A DNA stretch of 64,000 nt. Source: Azolla caroliniana (taxonomy: Eukaryota > Plantae > Polypodiophyta). The stretch is taken from contig JBHGNT010000018.1 in the NCBI GenBank assembly GCA_043228905.1, positions 7,564,001 through 7,628,000 of the forward strand, given 5' to 3'. The position numbers and the translations under genes are program-made. Below, piece by piece: positions 25,501 to 38,689 of the stretch. Under the pieces are notes generated by a model. That model was not told the origin of the DNA. It was given only the letters and a program-made list of their open reading frames with translations, and ran no database searches. Within the stretch, counting starts at the first letter, position 1. Each line of letters opens with the position of its first letter.

Positions 25501-28500
25501 TTGGAGCTCATTCCCTCAGAAAATTTTGTTTCTTTATCTGTCATGCAAGCTGTGGGGTCAGTAATGACTAATAAATACCTTGTGGGAATGAGTATGTAGT
25601 CATCAAGGTTTATTGGACAAATTGAAAGATTATCTTATATGCCTCTATTTTGTCTTATTGTACATTTGGAAATATATTAACATTGTAGGGTCCTTATGTC
25701 AAAAGCGAGCATTAGAGGCATTCCGTCTTGATCCAACCAAATGGGGAGGTATTCAATTTTGTTTGAAAATTATTTCTATATGTTAGTTAGCTTTTACTTC
25801 ATTTTCGCATGAGGGTTTAGCAAGCACATGGTTGGTGAATTCACTAATTTGAGAAGTAACCTTCCCAGGATGCAATTAAGCCTTTAACTAGGATGGAGGA
25901 GCATTTAAATGTTTGTTTTTTTGTTCTTCATCCATCCAATGTCCACCTCATGATAAAGAGGCTTACATTTGAGACAAAACACAAGCTTATCGCACAAACT
26001 AAAACTCACATATATTATCAAGTGCAAGCCTCTCTCACAGAAAAGAAAACTCAAAAATATAAAATTCCAAAGGGGTTTAGGTTAGGTTGTCATTCATTGT
26101 CATTAGTTTATAAATTTATTTTGATAAAAACCATATGATACTAAAATTCATGGTTGCACATGGAAGGGAAGTGCATGGATGGTCATGGGTATGTCGTGCA
26201 TGTGTTATGGGTATGTTATGGATGTGTTATGAATGGCCATGGATGTTTATGAATTCGATCATGATTAAATATGCATAACTCAAGGATGGATAATGCATAA
26301 ATCATGTGTTGGTTATGAAAAAAGAAATCAAACTTTTAAAAGCTCCAACCAAATTTAGTCAAACACTCACCATAATAATAATAATTTGTTGCCCAAATTA
26401 AGCTCACCTATCGACCACTTTCTCGCCAAGTGAATATACCCATTGTCTAAGCCATTATGGTTGGTAATGCTTCTGATCTGTCATCAAGAAGAACCAGAAA
26501 ACTTTTGTGATTATGGTTGTTTTATACCTTTTCTTCTTGTGAGATTTCCATCATGTCGGTGTGCATGTGCACATATGAAAGCACATTTAGAAATCTTTAC
26601 TTTATTCATGCACAATAATATGCTTACGAGATTATATATCCAGCAAGCATGAATAAAGTATCTTTACTTTTTAATAACATCCTTATGATTATGGATTCTT
26701 GTTATTTCATCTTTAATTGCATAAATTTCATGTATTGAGATGTGAAGAACATCCATGCGCCTTTTCCAACCTAGAATTGATATTGCCCATCTAAGGATAT
26801 CACATTGGCACCAAGAATTTCGTTGCAAACGAGATGCCTTGTTGTCAGTCAAGAGCATGGCCATTGGCCATGGAAAAGGTCGCGGAAAAAGATCAATTAA
26901 TGAGTGGAATAAATGTAGAGGGTGGAATCAACATGTACCAGACATGGAGAAGCCAAGCCATGTGCAAGCAAATTGTCACAAACTACATCAATTCCAAGGC
27001 TCGTGCTAATTATGAAATATTTGTGATGAGCCATAAAGCTAGCTTGATGTTGGGAATCATGAGTGTGTTTGATGACATGTAGTTTTTCAATCGTGGTGTG
27101 TCCAACCTAATGACTAGTCATGGGAAATTATTTTGGGTATTGCCGAACAAACCACCAAAGATGTGACATTTGGTATGATAATGGACATCAAAAGTGTAGC
27201 ACACATTTCTTGCATGTCCTTGTTATACCAAAAGAAACCTTGTGTTTATCAAACAAATATTAAAGCAAGAATTGCACCTATTCAAGGGTGGCAACTATTT
27301 CAAAGAAGGCCTCAAAAAAGGAGGCCGATTGGTAGCCCATTGTTGAATAAAAGGGCATATGTTCATTATTGATGATGTAAAGAATCAAGTGTATGATTTT
27401 GTGCAGCGGAATGAAGATGTATGTGTCTGTGTGTATGAGAGAGAGAGAGAGAGAGTTGACACAGAATAGGCAGAAAACAAGAAAATTGTATTCACAAGAA
27501 AAAAATAACCAACCACTTTACAAAGGAGAGGTGAAGGTGCTTATATGGCCACATTCTCTCTACACTCTCTTACTACCTCTTGGGAACGAGGTGGGGACTT
27601 AACTACCTACTTACTAACTATGTGGCATAGAAGTTAAGTCTTATGACACATTAGTTATGTTACATAATAGTGGGGTGTTCACACACTTGGATATTCTCAA
27701 AGTGTGTTCACACCATAGGGAAGTTGAGTTTGATTCTCAACACGCCCCTTCAAGCTCAACTTCGATCGCTAGAAAGTCAGCTTTTCGTCCTGCTGGTATC
27801 CGGGTCAACTCTAGCTTCGGTTGTGGAGGCGAGCTCACTTTGCTTCCTCCTTTGTTCATTCGAATTTGTTCGGGTCCGTTTGATGATGATGCCGATTCAT
27901 TCTACTTTTGGCTCAAGCTCACTCCCCCCCCCCCCCCCCCCCCCCCTCAAGCTCGACAAGTCGGAGGTTGAAAGACTGAGATCCAACGTGAATTTCGGAA
28001 GCTTGTCAGCTCCCAGAGCTTTTGTTAAGATGTCACCTATCTAGAAGTTCGTGTTGACATGTTGCAGGTTGACATCTCTGGCCATGACACATTCTCGAAT
28101 AAAGTGGTAATGTGCCTCGATGTGCTTAGTTCGAGCGTGGAACATCGGGTTCCGCGCTAGATGAATACTACTAAGGTTGTCGCAGTATAGGAGGATTGGA
28201 TCAACAATGTAGACATTTAGATCCTTTAGTATCCTCTTAAGCCAAATGGCTTCACATGCGGCAATGGCTGCACCCTTGTATTCGGCCTTTATGCTTGATA
28301 GTGTGACTATCAGTTGCTTTTTGCTACTCCAGGAAATTGCACCGCTACCGATTGAGAATAAGAAGCTCGAGGTTTATCGTCGGTCAGCATCTGTGTACCC
28401 TTTGAGTCGAATAGGTGTGTCCAACTTGTAAAGAATGTCGTCATTCATAGTACCACTTACATACCTTAATACTCGCTTAACACAATCCACATGAACTGGC

Positions 28501-31500
28501 TAAGGCGGCCGACTGGATAGCTGAGGTAAATGCAATTACCTATTTGATTCTGAAATGGCCCAATGTGTTTAACCCTAACACTAATCAATCCTTACTTAAG
28601 GCCCAAGGATTGATATCTAAAAAGGAGACTCCTATTTTTCACCAAAAGTGTCCATACTTATCTTTCCTAGAATACTACTCATTTAGATAATTTGTTTAAT
28701 AATGAGTACTTTTCCTAATGGGTACATGGATTTCCTTACAATGGTAGGAATATGGCATTAATTCATGTCTTGATACACATTCCAATATAATAGTGTAGCA
28801 AAACGGAAAAACTACCACATAGCTCAAGTGGTCCATGCTATGGTAAAGGAGAAAAGCACATACATATATATTGGGCAAAATCCATGTCCACTATAATGTC
28901 CTTAATGAATCAATGTGTAGCTAGGGGAGTGAGTGCACATTGTGATCTTTACTTCGATGGAAGGAAACCCAAACTATCTATTGCATAACACAACATATGT
29001 GCATCATGTTAGAGGAATTGTGGATCAAACTTGATTCAAAGTCGATAAAACTATATTTTTGGGATACTGACTTGAGTAAGAAAGTACAACCCGATTGGCA
29101 CATATGTACTCATGAAAACACATGGCTACGTAAGGTCAGTTGGGACCCTTTGCAATGGACATAGCGGGATCCTTACGCGGGGCAAGGAAGCAAACCCATC
29201 CCTTTCTTCCAATTCACAACGAGATTGGGTCGCCATATTCTAGCTGCTCAAACCGCCCGAGAGCCGACTGCTACGAAGGTCTGGCACACATTTCAAGTTC
29301 CTCCCACAATTATCACCAAGTTTTGGCAGAAAATCTAAAAACAACAACACGTGAGGTGAATTACCACGTTCCAATGGCTATTAATACATAAGTCCCTACC
29401 GGTGGGAGCATGGCAACGTGGGAACCTTAACTCTCCTAATTGTGTAGAGTACCCACATGTAGTAGAATCAATACGACACGCTCTCTGGGACTGCCCAACG
29501 TCCCATCGAATATGGCGGGGGGTTGGCCGGTTGTTGCAATTATGCCAGGTGCAAGGCTCCATCAAGTGGGGAAATATATGTTGGCTATCATGGCAGACCC
29601 CAGTTGACAGATACGAGCATCAGGAGGAGGGGATGAATTTGGTGATAAAAGCACAAGAGGTTTCTTTCTCCACCAGCGGCAATGTCCACTCAATTCCTCT
29701 TAAAAGTTGTGTTGGAATTGGTCAGCCCAATAACTCTTCGGATTCTATGGAAACAACGGTGTAGACAGGTCTTCTCCAACCAAACCACGCATCCAACAAG
29801 GCTACTGCAAGAGATATGGAGTGAAATTGTAGTCAATCTAAAGAGCCAATATGATGGCCTCAAGGGCGGCTCTGATGGAGTTGAAAGACAACGAATAGCC
29901 TTCATCCAACAATGGTCGTGCTCTCCCTTTCTTGAGTCAGTGGGCATCCACATAAGATGGAACTATCGCGTCCCTACAGGGATTTGTACATAATCGTCTC
30001 ATTTGTAAAATTTTATAATTAATGGAAGGAGTTTTTTTTCGGAAAAAAAAAGAATGTGTAAGACGAGATTTCATGTTCGATGATTCCACATCTTGGTACA
30101 ACCACAAGCCACCATAATTGCAATGCCAGAAGTCTTCAAAGCTAAATATTGACCAAGTGAAACAACACTTGATATTGTCATAGGCATTCTGACATTGAGC
30201 ATGTTGTGAGGCCTTGATAAGTCAGCGAGTTAGAAAAGTACATGAAGGCATTGAGAGAATTCAGGTTGAGTCAACATTGCCCATCGAAGAAGATTGTCAA
30301 AACTCTAATAGGGAGGAAATAGAATACATTTCTTATATATAACTTATAAGATTAGATCCATTCCTCCATGGAGAATTTAGTGTGCCTATCATGAGAAGAG
30401 TTGGAATTAAGAAAATCCTTTGAAACGAAAACAAGTAACTATGACGCTCAACATAAGAGAACAACCAACCCTCCAATATGTATTACTAATTAGGTGTTGA
30501 TTTGTAGTTGATTAATGTTATGTAATCATTTCATTTCTAAAATTCTCTCATGTACTTAATTAACCTCACTCCCCTCTGTTCTCACACACCATAAGACTCT
30601 TAGCTATTTATGTTGTGTAGTATTCGATTCTCAATAGAGCTTTTTTCATAGTTTTTCATAATACTAACCCCAACTTAGGAATTACCATGATTATGGATTA
30701 CTTACATCCACAACTTGAAATTTCATAGGTTTTCATAATATGAACCCCAACTTAGGGTTTACCATGATTATGGATTACCTACATCCACAACTTGAATTTC
30801 TCAATTCTTTAATTGCTTCATATTTTCATTGATCAATCGTTACATGCTAATTAAAAACTTGAATGATTTAATACATGCTACCTTTAAGAATGTCTACATT
30901 GATATAATTATAGATCAACAAAACATTATTCATCCTTTTTGGAGTGTCAAATAATAACGTGTATTTTCATATGCACATTTACAACCTATTAATGCATCAG
31001 TAATGTTGTTATGCACCTAATTGAAAACCTTAAAAATGAAAAGTAACTTTCTCGAAACTTTGAATCCTATATCACAAACTCAAAGATGATTATTCTTGCG
31101 AATCGTTGCTTTGATTCGGTGTTAGCATCTCATGTGAAAAGGTATATATTGTGATTGTTGTTTATCCTTGATCTAAAGAGATGTTTCAATATAAGATACT
31201 CCTAATACAAGACATTGATTGTGTATTTAAGCAATTGAATACAATGCCACTTCTTGCTAAATAATGTAAACGTTGATTTGGGATTCACATATGTACCAAA
31301 TATCTCGTTCAAATTTGGCAACCCAATTCGGTGCTCATTCATATCTATATGGTACGCTTTGTGCAGCTCATAACTTCATATGGTAGAAGGTCATTGTAAT
31401 GATTCATGAAATAGAGGACTTGTTTCACAAGAACATGTATTCGGTGCAAAAAGATTGTTTTTCTTATTTGGTTTTGGCTATCTTTTGCAGTGAATGTACA

Positions 31501-33984
31501 ATCGTTGTCAGGATCTCCATCAAATTTTCAAGTGTACACTGCGCTACTCAAGCCTCATGATCGGATAATGGGTCTGGATGTGCCACATGGTGGCCATTTT
31601 TCACATGGATACCAAGTTTGTCTCTTGTCTCTTGTCTCTTGTCCCTCTTAGGTGGGCATTGTCTATGGTACCTCCCAAAACCAAGTAGAAAAGAAGATTT
31701 GTGTTGGGATTGTATGCTCTATAGGTTCCCCTCCCTCACCCCATTCAGCAAATTTGTTTAGTAGAAGCTGCATCATACTCTAATCATGCTGTCTTCTTGT
31801 TGCAGACAGACACAGAGAAGATATCAGCTGTTTCAATCTTCTTTGAAACTATGGCATACAGGTTGAATGAGAAGACAGGCTACATAGACTATGACGAGGT
31901 ATTCACTTGGTTCTCCTGTCATATATTACTATTCTCACATACTGACTGCTTTATTGAGGTATAGCATAGATAAAAGTCTGAAGGAGCCAACAATGCTATC
32001 TGTCATCACAGATGGAGAAGCTAATGGGTTTATTCAGGCCAAAGCTCATCGTTGCGGGTGCGAGTGCATACCCCCGGCATTATGATTATGCGAGGATGCG
32101 TAAGGTAATTTAATTTAGTTATCTCTTTGTTAGAGAGCATCGGAGTAGACATGCTTGTTTCTCATATCCATGGCTAGGTTTTTCTCAATGTGCTTCTGGG
32201 GGGATGTAGGCATGCGACAAATTGAAGGTTATTCTTTTGGCGGACATGGCACACATTAGCGGTTTGGTTGCCGCAAATGTGATTCCCAGCCCATTTGAAT
32301 TCGCAGATGTTGTCACGACCACGACCCACAAATCGTTACGAGGCCCGCGTGGAGCATTGATATTTTTCAGAAAGGGCTTGAAAGAAGTGAACAAACAAGA
32401 ACAAGAGGTGAGTGAGCACAATGTGAATCACAAGTACCCTCTGTGTGGAATCATGGTTTAAATGACACACCAAAAAACATCATTTTTTTAGTTACTGTTT
32501 ACTTGATCAAAATTCACATAAAGAAATGATTTCACCACACCCATATCCATCAAAATAATGCAATGCTAAGCGATTGGGTATTTTTGTAGATCATGTATGA
32601 TTACGAGGACAAGATCAATGCGGTTCTTTTTCCTGGCCTTCAAGGAGGTCCTCATAATCACACCATCACTGGGCTTGCAGTTGCTTTGAAACAAGTATAA
32701 TGCTTTGAATATCAAATTAGTAGGAATTTTATGCATGTGTGCATCATTGAGTTCGTAAAGGTTGAAATGTAAGCCTTCGTTTTGGTCGAATAATATTTGA
32801 ATCCAGGCAATGTCGCCGGAGTTCAGAGCCTATCAAGAGCAAGTGTTGAAGAACAATACACAATTTGCCAATGTATGGAATGCATTTCTTCGGGATAATT
32901 CTCTCAAGATAGTGGGGATTAGATATCCTTATCGAGAAAAAAAAAACTTCCTTTTTATTGTGTCTTGAGAAATCTCAAAATCCTTGTTTCATTGGCCCAA
33001 GGCTGGTGTTTCTTATACTTTTTCTTTCTATCGGTGGATTAATATGTATGGTGGTCTTTCACAGGCTTTGATTGCTCGAGGCTATGATCTAATCTCGGGT
33101 GGAACGGATAATCACTTGGTTCTCGTTAATCTCAAGTCCAAGGTATATTTGTTACAAGAGTTTCCATATCATTGGCAGTGTGAACATTCTCACTTTCTAA
33201 CTATCAACTGAAATTGAAAAGGGCCTAGATGGTTCTAGAGTCGAACAGGTGCTGAAGTTATGTCATATAGCAGCCAACAAAAGTTCAATTCCCGGGGATG
33301 TCTCTTCTACAGATCCGGGGGGCATTCGCATGGGTAATGAACACATAATCTGCATTCATATATCTCATTAAGTCACTAACCAAAAACATGAGTAATTCAC
33401 GTGGGCATTCAAAAACCATAACAATGTATGCCATTGGATCAAGGTTCAAAAGATGATTATATATCTAATGAACTTCTACAAAGACATGAGTTTTTCATGT
33501 TGGCACTCGAGAAACTAACATTGCATGCCATTGGTTCATGGCTCAGAATGTAAGTATTTGGGTTTTATGTACCCGAGAATCATAACATGGATTGAAATCA
33601 CATGCATTGTAAACTTCAGGAAGTCCCGCCCTTACTACACGAGGTTTCACAGAGCAGGATTTCGAAAGGGTGGCGGAATTTTTCGACAAAGCTGTACATA
33701 TAGCCTTGAAGATCAAAGGAGCCATCAAAGGTGAAAAACACTCTTTATTATATTCATTGGTTAATGGGAAAAATATATTCGATGGTGGTGTTCATTCCTA
33801 TTGTTGCAACGATGATCAATATAATTTTCTACTAGGTACAAAGTCCAAGGATTTTGCTGAGGCTATTGAGGCTAACATGAATTTCCACTACGATATTCGT
33901 GCTCTACGCCATGAGGTAGAAGAGTATGCGAAGCAATTTCCAACCATTGGGTTTGAGAAAACATCAATGAAATATAAAGACTAA
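22531..33984 (+). CDS. SHMT: Serine hydroxymethyltransferase, mitochondrial type (SHM1/2-like), 15 exons; active-site loop deleted, so possibly a pseudo-enzyme or young pseudogene
   Basis: GT-AG exons: 22531-22602, 22696-22761, 24018-24104, 25498-25591, 25689-25748, 31491-31615, 31806-31898, 32012-32104, 32210-32407, 32590-32694, 32807-32872, 33065-33142, 33222-33333, 33620-33730, 33836-33984. Joined length is 1509 nt (502 aa). Motifs [44 protein letters not shown] (PLP Lys), [39 protein letters not shown]. Exons 1-2 look like a transit peptide. Confidence 0.9.
27376..28525 (-). mobile_element. Ty1/copia 3' fragment (RNase H plus 3' LTR) in SHMT intron 5
   Basis: LTR 27376-27742 (TGTAAAGAATC...GATTCTCAACA) is related to the 15046 LTRs. 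PPT GAAGGGGCG abuts the LTR on the minus strand. RNase H motifs lie at ~28000-28480. Confidence 0.88.
28920..30052 (+). mobile_element. 5'-truncated L1-type LINE (ORF2 3' end with zf-RVT-like motif, A tail)
   Basis: [19 protein letters not shown] and [12 protein letters not shown] motifs; A-rich tail at ~30043-30051; possible TSD AATGTGTA at 28912-28919 and 30053-30060. Confidence 0.8.
30643..30800. repeat. ~77-bp tandem duplication
   Basis: TTTCATAG.TTTTCATAATA..AACCCCAACTTAGG..TTACCATGATTATGGATTAC.TACATCCACAACTTGAA occurs twice. Confidence 0.85.
32210..32407 (+). CDS. SHMT: SHMT exon 9 (PLP-binding lysine)
   Basis: [56 protein letters not shown], flanked by AG and GT. Confidence 0.95.
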
Positions 33985-35584
33985 GCGTAAACTACAATAT
34001 CTGCTAAAGAGTAACAATCAAAATATAATGAGTGCGTCAGACAAAACACACATGGCATAATGTGTCTACCACAATAAAAAATGATCATCACCTTGTTGAT
34101 CTATGCAAATATATGCATTTTCCTATAATTGAGATGAAGAAGCTTTTCCATCAGAAGATGGAAATCCATAGATGGATTTATCAATTCCACAATAATGGAA
34201 GTATTGAACCTAGTTTTACAATTATAATCTTTCAATTCTTTTGGAAAGGATGCACAATTTAGGGTTCATAAAACTTTTAAAGGGTAAAAACAAATGTATA
34301 TGTGGAAACTTATACATAATTATGGAGAGAATCCTTTGAACAAATAATGTGCGTAGTGCAATTTTATGCATTCTCGATTAAGAACTCATGTATAAGATAG
34401 ATAACTAATGCCATGTGAGATAATGATGGCTTGTGATTAATGTGGCATGTGGACGAGAGGCCATTGCCGATCCATCAGACACATTTGTGAACATAAATCT
34501 ATAAAACTTGTGATCATTTGTGAACATAATCTATGCAATGAGATGCTGAACTTATTATGCCTCAAAAAATTAACTCTACCAAATATTGTTGATTATGCCA
34601 ATTTGTTGATGAAAGTTATCAACCACGAAGTTCAAATCATAAAACACTTTGAATCCTAATCACTTATTTCTTCAATGAAAGTTTATTCAAAGGTTACAAA
34701 TGATGAAACATATTTAAACCTAGAATTCATCAACATGTCATAAAGGCAATATGGACATGAAAAAGAAGAGGAATGCCAAACCAAATTGTGGACACAAGAT
34801 TGCCAAATCTATGCACGTTTAGAATAGGCAACAATGATATCACAAATTGTTTTAAATATTTCACCATGTCGCTAGAAAAAGAGCACTTCCCCTCATGTAA
34901 ATTTCCCGTTAGTGTTGGACATATTGCACAACATTGGTAGAGCTAAGCCCCTTTAGGATAGGCCGTGATGATAACACAAAATGATATAAATATTTCCCCA
35001 TGTATTTACAAAAAGAGCACTTCCGTCCATGTAAATTTCCCTTTAGTGTTGGATATTATGAGCTTTTACAATCGAGGTTTTGCACACCTAGTTAGATAAG
35101 TTTGGACATTTTAACCAACCATGCATGAATCATACACACGTACTCAAACACCACTATAATAAAATAGGTTGAGAATAGGCCACGAGGATACCACAAGAAG
35201 TTTTAGACATTTTCCCCTATGAGTATGAGACGTCTTGCCTCATATTTCTTTATAGACACTATTTGAACTTCAACATGCAAGATTTCGCATATCTTGCTCC
35301 ATAACAAGGGATACCACTGAACATTAGATAATCACAATCATACAACACATAAGGTTGCTAACACAAACTATTAGGTGATAGAGCATGATGGTTTCATATG
35401 AATTTCATTTATACATTACCATGTGAGAAATATTTCCTTTCATTTAGGTTACAAAATCTAGTATTTCATTGGGTTTTGCATACCTATGAGATGTCATCCT
35501 TGAGGTTACATATTAATACTTTTAAATGCGTGTTGGTGGACATTAAAGATCTAGTTTCCCATTTAATTTAAGATATATAAGAGA

Positions 35585-38474
35585 TATATAGATGTTCCTC
35601 GACACACTCCTCCTTCCACGTTTTCGGCTGTGTTTATTTTGGCTGCTTTTGATTGCTTTCAGTTGTTTACTTACTGCTACCTAATTCCTATTACGATTCT
35701 CATATGTTACTATTTTGGCCCACGGACAACACTTGGCACACCTATGGGAGAGTGCCTTGGCACGTCAAACCCAACAAATTGAAATTTCCAATTTGTAAAA
35801 AAACTTTGTTGAAATTCGTAAAAATTAATTTAGTATATATTACAGTTAATCCTCGGTCAAAATGTGGAGGATTCCCTCTATCTGGTTTGGTTCGGTTGTT
35901 ACGTCCTTTGGAATGGTCGCGGGGTTGGGTCGTGGTCCGTTGGTGTTTTCGGCCGAAATGTCTGTTGCAAGCTCCTTTTTGTCTTTGCTCTGTAATATCG
36001 GGGAGGTTGGGGTGTGGCTGTCCGGCTTCATTGGTTGTTTGTCGACTGTGTCAGGTTGTTTTGGGGCGTTATCGTTTAAGGCTTGGTCCGTTTCGATCAT
36101 CAACAACATTTGATCGTCGTTGAATTCCTCAAGGAGGTTGCCGATGGCTTTCGTGTGGGCCTTGGCTAAGGCATGAAAATCCTCGGTGAGGTTTTCTCGG
36201 ATCATTTGTATGCTGTTGTCGTCCATCTTGTAGAAGCCTTTTCCTTCTTTTCGTCGGTTTTCGGCGTCTGTCCGTAGAACTCGTAATTCGGCTGCTTAAG
36301 CCGACCATTGCTTCCAACCTGCAACTAGTGTTTCTTCGACCTTTCGGTTTAATTTCTGCCGTAGCTTCATGACTAATGCATTGATGTGTTCCTCCCGTTT
36401 GTCGTACATTGTTTGAAGAGCCAACATCTCTTGTTTTGCTTTTTCGATGTCGAGCCGTAATTTCTCCGTGCTTGAATTGGGTTTGTGGTAGATTTTGTGG
36501 TTGATCTTCCTGCCCCTGCGGGGAATATCCCTATGGAGGGTTGTACCAATTATTGTCGCATTGGTTATCGTGGTGGCGATTGTCAAAGTGTCGGCGGTTG
36601 CCGAAATTTCGAAAACCACGATTATTTCGAAAGCCACGATTATTCCGTGGTGCATCGTGGCCGTAATCCCTGCAACAGTGGTGGTGATCCTGATGACAAT
36701 GCCAATGCTCGTTCGTGTGGTGTGATTGATTGGGGTAGCAAAGGGGCTTGACATGGTATTGGTTTTCCTTATTGTAACACGCCGTGTTAGAGGTACCCCC
36801 CGTGTTGTAATGTGGCCGGTTTTCTTCCCACAACCGTGTCACCTCTCTATTTAGTGGGGGTGGTTGCGCCTAATTGGGATGAGGCTCAATTTGGTGAACT
36901 GTGGTTGTGTTTGTTTGGTTCAGCATGTTATATTCGCATTGCTCTGCCGTATGGACCCGTGAATGGCAGATGGGGTAGTGTGGTCGTGAAGGACAGTCAA
37001 GGGTAGAGTGCCCAGATCTGGCGCATACTGTGCATTGTAGCGCTTGCCGAAACTGTGTTTCGTTAGTCGTTGGTAAGGCAGTTTGAAGCATGCCCATTGT
37101 GAATGAATTGCTATGATGTGCCCTATCGAGTGCAAGAATGTGGGCAACCACTTGCTCGATGGTTTGTTGTGAAAATCTGTGAGAGCCAACGTCGTGTGTA
37201 AAGGCTCACGGAGGCCGGCCAGGAACATGTCCTTTAGATGGTTTACTGAGACATCCTGTGCTAGTTGGCGGTAGAGATCTTGAAATTGGGGAACAAACTG
37301 GGATACGGTTTCATTGGGTTCCTGTGTGATTGTGTAAAATTGCCAAAGGAATTCTCGTTTGGGAATCTCTTGGTGGAATAATTCCAGAAACTGCGTGTGA
37401 ACGTCCTGGAATGTGGCGAACTCCCCAAGATCGTGCCGGGAATACCATCGTGCAGTGGGGCCATCGAGGGAGAGAGTGAATTCGGCGATTTTGGAGGCAT
37501 TGATCTCCGCGTCAGTGAGCCGTTATGTCAAATGGTTGACTTGCCATGTGTTGAGAAAGGAGCGGATGTGGGCTTCGGCATCTGGGCCATCCGTGTAGCG
37601 TACATAGGGGTGACACAACATTGTGTCAAGATTTGGGTCGTCCGAAAGGGCTGGGAAAGGGTTACGCTCCAATGGAGGTTAGACTTCCGGAGGACTTGGA
37701 GGGGTAGCAATATCATGACCGATATGTGACTGTGAGTTTGGGATTACTGGTGGTGAAGATTGGGTTTCTGGATTGACTGATGGCGAGGCTCGCGATTCCG
37801 GGGACGAATGCTGTGTGATCACGGAATCAGCCGTGTCCTCGACAGGCTCTATGCGGCGAGACGGTGGCTGAGAGTGAGTACTTCTGTTGGGCACCGTACT
37901 GGGGACTGGGATTACCACCACGTGAGTTCGCTGTGCTACACAACGTGAACCGGGCGTGCCAAATTGTGTTGCCTTCCTCTCTGATGACGACACCTTTGAT
38001 TCCTAACTGAAATCGGACCAAGGGACTATGGTACGTGGTGGTCAGATTGCTTTTACGAAATGGGATGACACCCTACAGATTACATAAGAGGATACCTCGT
38101 GTATGCATACATGATAGGGAGAGATAGGTTACTTAACAATTATTGAAAGTGAACAATGACACAAAATAGACCCAACACTGTTTAGATTACGGAAATGAGT
38201 AGTGATTACACTTACACGGCTATCTGCTGGAATGTATCAGATACACTATAGTAGGATTAATTACGTAGTACCCTCAAACTTCTCTCCTATATTTCTCTCT
38301 CTTTTCCTTCGATCTGCTGCTCCTTATATAGATGTTCCTCGGCGCGCTCCTTCTCCTTCCACGTTTTCGGGTGTATTTATTTTGGCTGTTTCTGATTGCT
38401 TTTGGTTGTTTACCTACTGCCACCTAATTCCTATTGCGATTCTCATATGTTGCTATTTTGGCCCAGAGACAACA
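35585..38474 (-). mobile_element. Gag-only Ty3/gypsy-type non-autonomous LTR element, tRNA-Arg PBS; 3' LTR truncated
   Basis: 5' LTR 37967-38474 and partial 3' LTR 35585-35731 share their ends (...TTTTGGCCC..GACAACA). PBS TGGCACGCCCGG at 37950-37961 (minus). Frameshifted gag ~37650-36870 (KDMFLAGLREPL; knuckle CTVCARSGHSTLDC). No pol. Confidence 0.88.
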
Positions 38475-38689
38475 GTTACCATTATACTTAGATAACTTAG
38501 TACTATTTACAAAACTAGCCCAAGTAGGCGCAACCGAAACATATTTATGTATGTATCCTATCCGGATGTCGATCCGAACACCAATCTGGTTATCGATCCG
38601 GATCCGGTCTCTCTTTTCCTTTGGATCCTACCGGTTTGGTTCGTGATCTCCTTCCCATCCGGAGGGAGCTTGTTTCCCAACAGAAAGTC

